64,000 nucleotides of DNA, taken from the NCBI GenBank assembly GCA_031285405.1, contig JAITWH010000043.1, positions 5,595-69,594 of the forward strand, in the 5' to 3' direction. The number at the start of each line of letters is the position of its first letter. The stretch's first letter is position 1. This stretch comes from Alistipes sp. Lineage in GTDB: Bacteria; Bacteroidota; Bacteroidia; Bacteroidales; Rikenellaceae. Below are positions 1-8,778 of the stretch, one piece after another. The notes under the pieces were generated by a model. That model was given only the letters and a program-made list of their open reading frames with translations. It did not search any database and was not told the DNA's origin. Position numbers and translations under genes: made by a program.

Positions 1-977
1 ACCCTTCGATGCCCGGGGCCACCTCGACGAACGCGCCGTAGTCGGCCATCACAACGACCTTACCCTTGATTGTGTCGCCCACCTTGAGGTCTCTGCTGAG
101 CGCCTCCCAGGGGTGGGGTGCGAGCTGCTTGAGACCCAACGCGATGCGACGCTTGTCGCTGTCGAAGTCGAGGATAACCACGTTGAGTTTCGCGTCGAGC
201 GTCACGATCTCTTCGGGATGAGTCACGCGGCCCCACGAAAGGTCGGTGATATGGATAAGGCCGTCGACGCCACCCAAGTCGATGAACACCCCGTAGGTGG
301 TGATGTTCTTGACGGTGCCTTCGAGGATCTGGCCCTTTTCGAGTTTCGAGATGATCTCTTTCTTCTGCTGTTCGAGTTCTGCCTCGATGAGCGCCTTGTG
401 CGAGACGACCACGTTGCGGTACTCCTGGTTGATCTTCACAACCTTGAACTCCATCGTCTTGTCGACATAGATATCGTAGTCGCGGATCGGCTTGACGTCG
501 ATCTGCGAACCGGGCAGGAACGCCTCGATGCCAAACACGTCGACGATCATACCCCCCTTGGTGCGGCACTTGACGTAGCCCTTGATGATCTCGTCGTTCT
601 CCATCGCCGAGTTGACGCGATCCCAGCTCTTGAGCTGGCGTGCCTTCTTGTGCGACAGGATCAGCTGGCCCCTCTTGTCCTCGGCGTTCTCGACGAACAC
701 CTCGACCTTTTCGCCCACTGCGAGTTCGGGGTTGTAGCGGAATTCGGCGATGGGAATCACACCCTCGCTCTTGTAGCCGATGTTCACAACGGCTTCGCGT
801 TTGTTGAGGCCGATCACTGTGCCTTCGACCACTTCGCCCTCGACAACGTTGTTCAACGTGTTGTCGTACTCCTTGGTGATCTCCTCTTTGGATTTGTTGT
901 AGAGAGCGGAATCGCCCTCGAATGCCGCCCAGTCGAAGTTGTCGTTGCCTGCTGCGGTGTTGTTCAATTCTGACATT
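1..977 (-). CDS. rpsA: 30S ribosomal protein S1, N-terminal ~325 codons (3' end runs off the window)
   Basis: Absent from the ORF track because it is open at the window edge. My reverse-strand translation from the ATG (CAT at 975-977) reads MSELNNTAAGNDNFDWAAFEG...VVEGEVVEGTVIGLNKREAVVNIGYKSEG...IIKGYVKCRTKGGMIVDVFGIEAFLPGSQID...ILEGTVKNITTYGVFIDLGGVDGLIHITDLSW...IKGKVVVMADYGAFVEV, i.e. consecutive S1 OB-fold repeats. Track ORFs 60..1085(-) and 113..973(+) are wrong frames. Confidence 0.9.
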
Positions 978-1029
978 GTGTAGATGTTTTGCGAACCGGT
1001 CGCTCGTTAAGTGAGACAATAATGGGCGA

Positions 1030-1037
1030 CAAAGATA
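1030..1037 (-). promoter_or_regulatory. -7 box TATCTTTG for rpsA
   Basis: The plus strand reads CAAAGATA, ~50 nt upstream of the rpsA ATG on the minus strand. Confidence 0.45.
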
Positions 1038-1065
1038 ATTAAAGTTAGTCGAAATCGCAAATAAA

Positions 1066-1097
1066 TTTGCATTCGCCTCCCTCATGTATTATCTTTG
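1066..1097 (+). promoter_or_regulatory. Bacteroidota sigma-A type promoter (-33 TTTG, 20-nt spacer, -7 TATCTTTG)
   Basis: TTTG at 1066-1069 and TATCTTTG at 1090-1097, 30 nt upstream of the kinase ATG. It is part of a 48-bp module nearly identical to 15416-15464. Confidence 0.6.
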
Positions 1098-1126
1098 CGT
1101 GCTTAAACGCGCTTAAGAAGGGGGCA

Positions 1127-2803
1127 ATGAAAGGCAAAACGGTGAGGATAATATGCGAAAACGAGGGGCGCGAACTGCGGGTGGAGCAGGGCACGCCGCT
1201 CTCGTCGATAGCCGAGCGGTTGGGCGGAGGGGCGCCCGACGGCCGTTGGCTCGCGGCCTATGTCAACAACCGCATCCGCGAGTTGTCGTACGTCGTTTTC
1301 GAACCGGTGTCGGTGCGCTTCATCGACATCACCCATTTCGAGGGGCACAGGGTGTATGAGCGCACGTTGTTTTTCGTGCTCAGCATGGCGGTGCACGATC
1401 TGTGGCCCGAGCGCAGGTTCCATGTCCGTCACTCGGTGTCGAGGGGGTTCTACTCCGAGCTGTCGGGCTGCGACACTGTCACGCCCGAGATGATCGAGCA
1501 GATCAAGGCCCGCGTGGCCGAGATTGTCGCCGCCGACATGCCCGTCGAACGCTCGCAGGTGCTCTACGAAGAGGCCCGCGAGAGCTACGCGCGGTTGGGC
1601 TACGACGACAAGATCGCACTGTTGGAGACGCGGCCGCGGCTCTACGTCTCGCTCTACACGCTGGGCGACACGGTGGGCTATTTCTACGGTGCGCTCGCTC
1701 CGTCGACTGGCTACCTGGGGCTCTATGATCTGAAGCCCTACTATCGCGGCATGCACATAGCCGTGCCCAAGCGCACCGAGCCGTCGAAGCTCAACCCGAT
1801 GGTGCCGCAGCAGAAGATGTTCGACGTCTTCGCCGAGTACAACGCCTGGGTAGCCATCATGGGGGTGGCCAACATCGGGCAGCTCAACCGCCTGATCCAC
1901 GGCGGCGAGACGAGCGACCTGATCAAGGTGGCCGAGAGTTTCCACGAGAAGAAGCTGGCGTCGATAGCCGACACGATTCACGAGGCCAATCACTCGAAGG
2001 GGACAAAGGTGGTGCTGATGTCGGGCCCCTCGTCGAGCGGCAAGACGACGACCGCCAAGCGTCTGGGAATTCAACTGAGGGTGTTGGGGTTGACTCCCGT
2101 GTTGATATCGCTCGACGACTACTTTGTGGAGCGCGAGAACACCCCGCGCGACGCCGACGGCGAGTACGACTACGAGGCCTTCGACGCCATCGACCACGCC
2201 ACATTCAACGACCACCTGAAACGTCTGGTCGCGGGCGAGAGCGTGGCCGTGCCGAGGTACGACTTCATCACCGGCAAGCGAATGTGGCACGGCGACCCGT
2301 TGGCGCTGAGCGAGCGTTCGGTGCTGATTGTCGAGGGGATTCACGCCCTCAATCCGCGGCTGACCGAGTCGTTGGAGAGGGATCTGAAGTACATGATCTA
2401 CGTCTCGGCCCTAACGTCGATCGCGATGGACAACCTGTCGCGAATCCCCACGACCGACAACCGCCTCATTCGCCGAATGGTGCGCGACAGCGTCACCCGC
2501 GGGTCAGACGCATCGGCCACTCTCAAGCGTTGGCAGAGTGTGCGTCGAGGAGAGGAGAAGCACATTTTTCCCTATCAGGAGAACGCCGACGCGATGTTCA
2601 ACTCGTCGCTCTTCTACGAGATGCCGGTGCTCAAAGACCACGTCGTGCCGCTGCTGCGAAGCGTGCCCGACACGATCCCCGAGTATGGCGAGGCGCAGCG
2701 ACTGCTCAAGCTGTTGGACTTCTTCGTGAGCATCCCGACCGACGAGATTCCGCCGACGTCGATCCTGCGCGAGTTCATTGGCGGCAGCAGTTTTAAGAGT
2801 TGA
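1127..2803 (+). CDS. uridine kinase/phosphoribulokinase-family nucleoside kinase with N-terminal TGS-like domain
   Basis: Start trimmed to the ATG at 1127 (MKGKTVRIICENEG...), which follows a TTTG/TATCTTTG promoter. Walker A motif GPSSSGKTTTAKRLG and LISLDDYF are typical of Udk/PRK-family kinases. Confidence 0.7.
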   Translation: MKGKTVRIICENEGRELRVEQGTPLSSIAERLGGGAPDGRWLAAYVNNRIRELSYVVFEPVSVRFIDITHFEGHRVYERTLFFVLSMAVHDLWPERRFHVRHSVSRGFYSELSGCDTVTPEMIEQIKARVAEIVAADMPVERSQVLYEEARESYARLGYDDKIALLETRPRLYVSLYTLGDTVGYFYGALAPSTGYLGLYDLKPYYRGMHIAVPKRTEPSKLNPMVPQQKMFDVFAEYNAWVAIMGVANIGQLNRLIHGGETSDLIKVAESFHEKKLASIADTIHEANHSKGTKVVLMSGPSSSGKTTTAKRLGIQLRVLGLTPVLISLDDYFVERENTPRDADGEYDYEAFDAIDHATFNDHLKRLVAGESVAVPRYDFITGKRMWHGDPLALSERSVLIVEGIHALNPRLTESLERDLKYMIYVSALTSIAMDNLSRIPTTDNRLIRRMVRDSVTRGSDASATLKRWQSVRRGEEKHIFPYQENADAMFNSSLFYEMPVLKDHVVPLLRSVPDTIPEYGEAQRLLKLLDFFVSIPTDEIPPTSILREFIGGSSFKS

Positions 2804-2819
2804 TAATAGACAATTGACA

Positions 2820-5654
2820 ATGGATAATTTTTTCTACAACAGACATATCGGAGTCACCGACCCCGCCGAGCTGAAAGAGATGCTCGAAACGATCGGTGTC
2901 GGCAGCGTCGACGAGCTGACCGCACAGGTGATCCCCGCCAACATCAGACTCAAGAAGCGCCTCGCCCTGCCCGAAGAGGGTATGACCGAGGGCGAGTTCA
3001 CCACCCACGTCGCTGAGCTGGCGGCGCGCAATCGTCAGGCACGATCGTTCATCGGCATGGGCTGGTATCCGTGCGACGTGCCGGCCGCCATCATGCGCAA
3101 CGTGTTCGAAAACCCCGCGTGGTACACCTCCTACACTCCGTATCAGGCCGAGATTTCGCAGGGCCGCCTCGAAGCGCTGCTCAATTTCCAGACCGCCGTC
3201 ACCTCGCTCACGGGCATGGAGATCGCCAACTGCTCGCTGTTGGACGAGGCCACCGCCGCCGCCGAGGCGATGCTCATGATGTTCGCACTGCGTTCGCGCG
3301 AGGCTGTCAGGGAGGGCCGCAACGTGATGATGGTCGACGAGAACATCTTTCCGCAGACGCTGGACGTGCTGCTGACTCGCGCCGAACCGTTCGGCATCGA
3401 GATCGTGTTGGGCGACTACGCGACGCACGAATTCAGCGGGCGCGAGTTCGGAGCGCTGGTGCAATATCCGGCGGCCAACGGCGAGGTGCGAGACTACGAA
3501 AACTTCACCGCACAGGCCCACGAGGCAGGAGCTCTGGTGGCTGTCGAGGCCGACGTCGCCGCGCTGGCGATGCTGAGGGCGCCGGGCGAATGGGGAGCCG
3601 ACATAGCCGTGGGGTCGACCCAACGTTGGGGTATCCCGATGGGCTTCGGCGGCCCGAGCGCGGCCTACTTCGCCACTCGCGAAATCTACAAACGACAGAT
3701 GCCGGGCCGCATCATCGGCGTGTCGGTCGACCGGTTGGGCAACCGCGCGCTGCGCATGTCGCTCCAGACTCGCGAGCAGCACATCAAGAGGGAGAAGGCC
3801 ACATCGAACATCTGCACCGCGTCGGCGCTCACGGCCTCGATGGCGGGGTTCTACACTGTCTATCAGGGCGCCGAAGGGCTGCGGCAAAAGTCGCAAAAGA
3901 TCTACGACCACACCTCGGCCGTCGCCACGGCACTCAAGGCGATGGGGTATGAACTCGCATCCGACAACTTCTTCGACACGTTGCAGGTCGAGGCCGAGGT
4001 GTCGGTGATTCGTCAGGAGGCCGACGAACAGGGAATCAACTTTTTCTATCTCCCCTCGGGCGCGGGAGTGCGAATGAGTTTCGACGAGCTCACCACTGCC
4101 GACGAAGTGCAACGAGTTGTCGCCATCTTCGCTGCCGCCATGGGGGTCAAGGCGCCCAAAGGCGTGGCGATCAAAGCGGGCCGAGAGTTTCCAGTCGAAA
4201 AGCTGCGCCGCCGCAGCGAGTTCCTGACTCAAAGCGTCTTCAAAAAATATCGCAGCGAGACCGAGCTGATGCGCTACATCAAAAGGCTGGAGCACCGCGA
4301 CCTCTCGCTGGCCGACGGCATGATCTCCTTGGGGTCGTGCACCATGAAGCTCAACAGCGCCGCCTCGATGATGCCGCTCTCGCTCGCCGGATTCGCCAAC
4401 ATGCACCCCTTCGCACCGGCCGATCAGGCCGAGGGCTATGCGGAGATGATTGCCGAGCTTGAACGAGACCTCGCCACCATCACCGGTTTCGCCGCCTGCT
4501 CGCTGCAACCCAACTCTGGCGCGGCGGGCGAGTACGCCGGTCTGGTCGTGATTCGCGCCTATCACCAGAGCCGCGGTCAGGGCTACCGCAACGTGATGCT
4601 GATTCCCGCGAGCGCCCACGGCACCAACCCCGCGTCGGCCGCGATGGCCGGAATGAAGATCGCACCGGTGGCCACCGACGCCAACGGCAACATCGACGTC
4701 GAAGACCTCAAGGCCAAGGCTGCCGAGCACAGCGCCGAGCTGGCCGGAGTGATGGTGACCTACCCTTCGACCCACGGCGTGTTCGAGAGCCGCATCCGCG
4801 AGATCGTCGACGCCGTGCACGACGCCGGAGGTCAGGTCTACATGGACGGCGCGAACATGAACGCCCAGGTGGGGCTCACCAATCCGGGCTACATCGGGGC
4901 CGACATCTGCCACCTAAATCTGCATAAGACCTTCGGCATGCCACACGGCGGCGGCGGCCCGGGCGTTGGCCCCATCTGCTGCGCGTCGCACTTGGAACCC
5001 TTCCTGCCCTCGCATCCGGTGGTGTCGACGGGCGGTGCCGACGGCATCACGGCTGTCGCGTCGGCCCCGTGGGGTAGCGCGCTGCTGCTGCCCATCACCT
5101 ACGCCTACATCAAGATGCTGGGCGAGCGCGGACTGCGAAAAGCCACCGAGATGGCCATCGTCAACGCCAACTACATGGCCTCCGCAATAAGCGCCGACTT
5201 CCGCACGTTCTACTCCGGAGAGGGCGGCCGAGTGGGCCACGAGATGATCCTCGATCTGCAAAACTTCAAGCGCGACTACGGAGTCGAGGTGGCCGACGTG
5301 GCGCGCCGACTGATGGACTACGGATTCCACGCCCCCACGCTCTCGTTCCCCGTGCACGACACCTTCATGGTCGAACCCACCGAGAGCGAGGGCAAGGCCG
5401 AGATGGACAGGTTCATCGCCGCGATGAGGGCAATCAAAATAGAGTGCGAGGCCGCCGTCGGGAAAACCGACAACGTGGTGACCAACGCCCCCCACACCGC
5501 CGCCGAGCTGGCCGGAGAGTGGGCCCATCCCTACTCGCGCGAGCAGGCGGCCTTCCCCGCCGAGTGGCTGCGCGAGTCGAAGTTCTTCCCCGCCGTGAGC
5601 AAGATCGACGCCGGCTACGGCGACCGAAACTTAGTCTGCGCCTGGGCCGAATAG
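2820..5654 (+). CDS. gcvP: glycine dehydrogenase (decarboxylating), single-chain P protein
   Basis: MDNFFYNRHIGV start; ~945 aa; PYQAEISQGRLEALLNFQT; PLP-lysine context HLNLHKTFGMPHGGGGPG. Confidence 0.95.
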   Translation: MDNFFYNRHIGVTDPAELKEMLETIGVGSVDELTAQVIPANIRLKKRLALPEEGMTEGEFTTHVAELAARNRQARSFIGMGWYPCDVPAAIMRNVFENPAWYTSYTPYQAEISQGRLEALLNFQTAVTSLTGMEIANCSLLDEATAAAEAMLMMFALRSREAVREGRNVMMVDENIFPQTLDVLLTRAEPFGIEIVLGDYATHEFSGREFGALVQYPAANGEVRDYENFTAQAHEAGALVAVEADVAALAMLRAPGEWGADIAVGSTQRWGIPMGFGGPSAAYFATREIYKRQMPGRIIGVSVDRLGNRALRMSLQTREQHIKREKATSNICTASALTASMAGFYTVYQGAEGLRQKSQKIYDHTSAVATALKAMGYELASDNFFDTLQVEAEVSVIRQEADEQGINFFYLPSGAGVRMSFDELTTADEVQRVVAIFAAAMGVKAPKGVAIKAGREFPVEKLRRRSEFLTQSVFKKYRSETELMRYIKRLEHRDLSLADGMISLGSCTMKLNSAASMMPLSLAGFANMHPFAPADQAEGYAEMIAELERDLATITGFAACSLQPNSGAAGEYAGLVVIRAYHQSRGQGYRNVMLIPASAHGTNPASAAMAGMKIAPVATDANGNIDVEDLKAKAAEHSAELAGVMVTYPSTHGVFESRIREIVDAVHDAGGQVYMDGANMNAQVGLTNPGYIGADICHLNLHKTFGMPHGGGGPGVGPICCASHLEPFLPSHPVVSTGGADGITAVASAPWGSALLLPITYAYIKMLGERGLRKATEMAIVNANYMASAISADFRTFYSGEGGRVGHEMILDLQNFKRDYGVEVADVARRLMDYGFHAPTLSFPVHDTFMVEPTESEGKAEMDRFIAAMRAIKIECEAAVGKTDNVVTNAPHTAAELAGEWAHPYSREQAAFPAEWLRESKFFPAVSKIDAGYGDRNLVCAWAE

Positions 5655-5701
5655 CAAAACAAAAACAGTAAAAACAAACACTTAAACCATATCTTAAAAT
5701 C

Positions 5702-6289
5702 ATGAAAATCTCAGAAAACACCTTCGTTGCGCTCGACTATAAACTCGAAGTCGACGGCCAGATCGCCGATCAGTCACAGCCCGGAAACCCCCTCAAGTTC
5801 GCCTACGGAATGGGCATGCTGTTGCCCAAGTTCGAGGAGGCGATAGCCGGTCTCGCCGCGGGCGACACCTTCGCGTTCACCCTCTCGCCCGCCGACGGCT
5901 ACGGCGAGGTGATCAAAGAGGTGGTCGTGGAGCTCCCCAAAAACGTATTCGAAGTGAACGGCGAGGTCGAACCCGGCCTCCTCGAAGTGGGCAACATGGT
6001 CCCGATGGCCGACCAGCAGGGCAACCGCCTGATGGGCCGCATAGTCTCCGTGGGCGAGGTGGTCACCATGGACTTCAACCACCCGATGGCGGGCAAGACG
6101 CTCAACTTCACCGGCAAGGTCGACAGCGTGCGCGAACTCTCGCCCGAGGATCTTCAGGGCTTCGCCGGCGGCGCACAGGGCGGCTGCTCGTGTGGCTGCG
6201 AAGATGGCGGCGAGTGCAGCTGCGACGACTCCTGCGGCTGCGAAGGCGGCGAAAAGAAGGGCGACAAAGGTTGCAACTGCGGCTGCTAA
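5702..6289 (+). CDS. slyD: FKBP-type peptidyl-prolyl isomerase SlyD with Cys/Gly-rich C-terminal tail
   Basis: VALDYKLEVDGQIADQS...FAYGMGMLLPKFEEAIAGL...DFNHPMAGKTLNF matches the SlyD FKBP plus IF-domain layout. The tail is GCSCGCEDGGECSCDDSCGCEGG..GCNCGC. Confidence 0.85.
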   Translation: MKISENTFVALDYKLEVDGQIADQSQPGNPLKFAYGMGMLLPKFEEAIAGLAAGDTFAFTLSPADGYGEVIKEVVVELPKNVFEVNGEVEPGLLEVGNMVPMADQQGNRLMGRIVSVGEVVTMDFNHPMAGKTLNFTGKVDSVRELSPEDLQGFAGGAQGGCSCGCEDGGECSCDDSCGCEGGEKKGDKGCNCGC

Positions 6290-6322
6290 TCCTCCCAATC
6301 TAAAAAACGCAACAACAAAGCA

Positions 6323-7297
6323 ATGGCAACAGTCGATCCGAAAGGGCTGTATCTCCGAGTCAGGGACGACCTCCACTCATGGAAGTGGTGGTCGTCGTGG
6401 CTCGTGATAGCGTTGGGGTGCACGGTCATGTCGCTCGGCTTCGTGCTCTTCATGTACCCCTACAAGATCACCCCGGGCGGCATTTGGGGCATGACCACCA
6501 TCCTGCACGAGATCATTCCGGCGATTCCGCAGGGGTGGTTCGGCTACATGATGGACATCCCACTGCTGCTCATCGGCTTCGCGGTGTTCGGGCCGGTGTT
6601 CGGCACCAAGACTGTGTTCGCGTCGCTCGTCACCCCCATGCTCATGCTGGTGCTGCCCCACATTGTCTATCCCGACGTCGCGGTGCAGAGTGCCGAGACG
6701 CTGCTGTGGGGCCGGCTCGATCTGACTGACGACCTGATCCTCGCCTCGGTCTTCGGGGGGCTGTTCATCGGCGCGGGGGTGGGATTAGTAGTCAGGGCCC
6801 AGGCCACGACCGGCGGCACAGACATCATCGCCATGCTGACCCAAAAGTACGCCGGCATCAAGTTTTCGAACGGCATCCTGATCGCCGACGCCTTCGTTGT
6901 GGCGTGCAGTCTGGTGGTGTTGGTGGGCCTCAGGGGCGAGAGCCCCACGCTGCCGTTGTACTCGCTGCTCACGATCTACATCGCGGCGCAGATTATCGAC
7001 CTCGTTGTCGAGGGGCGCAACTACGACAAAATTCTGTTCATCGTGAGCGAACGCCACGAGGAGATCCGCGAGTTCATTCTGGGCGAGCTCGACCGCAGCG
7101 CCACCGTCATCCACAGCTCGGGCATGTACACGGGTGGCGAGAGGAACATGATCTTTTTGGTTGTAAGCCTGCGCGAGATCGTGCCTGTCAAGCAGCGCCT
7201 GAGGGAGATCGACCCGCAGATGTTCGTAGTAGTAGCCAACGCCAACGAGACCCTCGGCGAGGGCTTCCGCTCGTTCGCCGAGATGAAGAACTCGTAG
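6323..7297 (+). CDS. YitT-family membrane protein (DUF2179 C-terminal domain)
   Basis: Multi-pass hydrophobic N-terminal part with GGTDIIA, then a soluble C-terminal domain (KILFIVSERHEEIREFILGELDRSATVIHSSGMYTGGERNMIFLVV). Confidence 0.75.
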   Translation: MATVDPKGLYLRVRDDLHSWKWWSSWLVIALGCTVMSLGFVLFMYPYKITPGGIWGMTTILHEIIPAIPQGWFGYMMDIPLLLIGFAVFGPVFGTKTVFASLVTPMLMLVLPHIVYPDVAVQSAETLLWGRLDLTDDLILASVFGGLFIGAGVGLVVRAQATTGGTDIIAMLTQKYAGIKFSNGILIADAFVVACSLVVLVGLRGESPTLPLYSLLTIYIAAQIIDLVVEGRNYDKILFIVSERHEEIREFILGELDRSATVIHSSGMYTGGERNMIFLVVSLREIVPVKQRLREIDPQMFVVVANANETLGEGFRSFAEMKNS

Positions 7298-7347
7298 GGC
7301 GGCACAGTCATTCTGCGTAGCTTCAGTCCGACGCCAGCGGTGGGCTT

Positions 7348-7377
7348 CAGTCCTCCGCCTGGGGTGGCGGAGGACTG
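7348..7377. other. perfect 12-bp-stem hairpin between yitT-family gene and miaB
   Basis: CAGTCCTCCGCC-tggggt-GGCGGAGGACTG. No T-run follows. Preceded by the direct repeat GCTTCAGTCC x2. Confidence 0.6.
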
Positions 7378-7422
7378 ACGGGTTTGCTTACGCAAACCCG
7401 AATTACACACAAACCAACACCA

Positions 7423-8745
7423 ATGAAAAAAGTTTTCATAGAGACATACGGCTGCCAGATGAACGTGGTAGACAGCGAGACGGTCATGGCCATCCTCGCC
7501 GCCGAGGGGTTCGCGCGCGCTGAGAGTACAACCGACGCCGACGTGGTGCTGATCAACACCTGTTCGATCCGCGACGGCGCCGAGCAGCGAATCTGGCACC
7601 GGCTGGACGAACTCGGCGCGCTGAAAAAACGCAGAAAGGGTATGATCATAGGCCTCATAGGCTGCATGGCCGAAAGGCTCGCCGACCGAATCCTTGAGCA
7701 GCGCCCGATGGTCGACCTCGTGGCCGGCCCCGACTCCTACCGCTCGCTGCCGAAGTTGGTCGCCGGAGCCACCGACGGCGCGAAAGGGGTCAACGTCGAG
7801 CTCTCGAAGGAGGAGACCTACGCCGAACTCTCGCCCGTGCGCCTCGACTCGTCGGGGGTGAGCGCGTTCGTTGCCATCATGCGCGGCTGCAACAATTTTT
7901 GCTCCTACTGCGTGGTGCCCTACACCCGCGGCCGCGAGAGGAGCCGCGACCCCGAGACCATCTTGCGCGAGGTGCGCGAACTGTTCGCCGCCGGCTACCG
8001 CGAGGTGACACTGCTCGGCCAAAACGTAAATTCATATCTGCACGAAGATGTTACCTTTCCCGAACTCCTGCGCCGGGTAGCCGCCACAGACCCAAAACTA
8101 AGAGTCCGTTTCGCCACTTCGCACCCCAAGGACATCTCCGACGAGCTCATAGCCGTGATAGCGAAAACCCCCAACATCTGCCGCGCGATCCACCTGCCTG
8201 CCCAGTCGGGCAGCAGCCGAATGCTCGAAAAGATGAACCGAAAGTACACCCGCGAGTGGTACTTGGAGCGCATATCCGCTATCCGCCGAGCGATGCCCGA
8301 CTGCGCCATCTCGACCGACCTGATAGCCGGCTTCTGCGGCGAGACCCCCGACGACCACGCTGCCACGCTCTCGCTCATGCGCGAGGTGGGCTACGAGTTC
8401 GCCTTCATGTTCAAGTACTCCGAGCGCGAGGGTACGCTGGCGGCGCGCGAGATGCCTGACGACGTGCCCGACGAGGTCAAAACGGCCCGCCTCACCGAGA
8501 TCATCGAGCTGCAAAACGAACTCTCTTTACAGAGCAACCGCCGCGACATAGGCCGCGAGTTCGAGATTCTGGTCGAGGGGCTCAGCAAACGCTCGCCCGA
8601 CAGGGTCTTCGGCCGCACCTCCCAAAACAAGGTGGTGGTCATCCCCCGCACCACCAAAACCGGCCACAACCTACAACCCGGCGACTACACAAAAGTCCGC
8701 ATCACCACCTGCACCTCCGCCACCCTGCAGGGCGAAGAGGTGTAA
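7423..8745 (+). CDS. miaB: tRNA (N6-isopentenyl-A37) methylthiotransferase
   Basis: MKKVFIETYGCQMN start, radical-SAM motif CNNFCSYCVVPYTRG, C-terminal TRAM domain. Start moved from the track's 7384 to the ATG at 7423. Confidence 0.9.
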   Translation: MKKVFIETYGCQMNVVDSETVMAILAAEGFARAESTTDADVVLINTCSIRDGAEQRIWHRLDELGALKKRRKGMIIGLIGCMAERLADRILEQRPMVDLVAGPDSYRSLPKLVAGATDGAKGVNVELSKEETYAELSPVRLDSSGVSAFVAIMRGCNNFCSYCVVPYTRGRERSRDPETILREVRELFAAGYREVTLLGQNVNSYLHEDVTFPELLRRVAATDPKLRVRFATSHPKDISDELIAVIAKTPNICRAIHLPAQSGSSRMLEKMNRKYTREWYLERISAIRRAMPDCAISTDLIAGFCGETPDDHAATLSLMREVGYEFAFMFKYSEREGTLAAREMPDDVPDEVKTARLTEIIELQNELSLQSNRRDIGREFEILVEGLSKRSPDRVFGRTSQNKVVVIPRTTKTGHNLQPGDYTKVRITTCTSATLQGEEV

Positions 8746-8778
8746 CGACCGCGGTGATTTGAGCTACGCGAAACTCAG

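Noticed and set aside
60-1085. Track ORFs 60..1085(-) (341 aa) and 113..973(+) (286 aa)
   Set aside because: Their Arg/Gly/His- or Val/Asp-rich composition is typical of off-frame translation of high-GC coding DNA. The third minus-strand frame gives an unmistakable ribosomal protein S1.
2804-2819. Glycine riboswitch upstream of gcvP
   Set aside because: Only 16 nt separate gcvP from the upstream kinase gene, which leaves no room for a riboswitch aptamer.
2793-4913. 706-aa antisense ORF across gcvP
   Set aside because: A shadow ORF opposite a confidently identified gene, with low-complexity Arg/Gly/His/Val composition and no motif.
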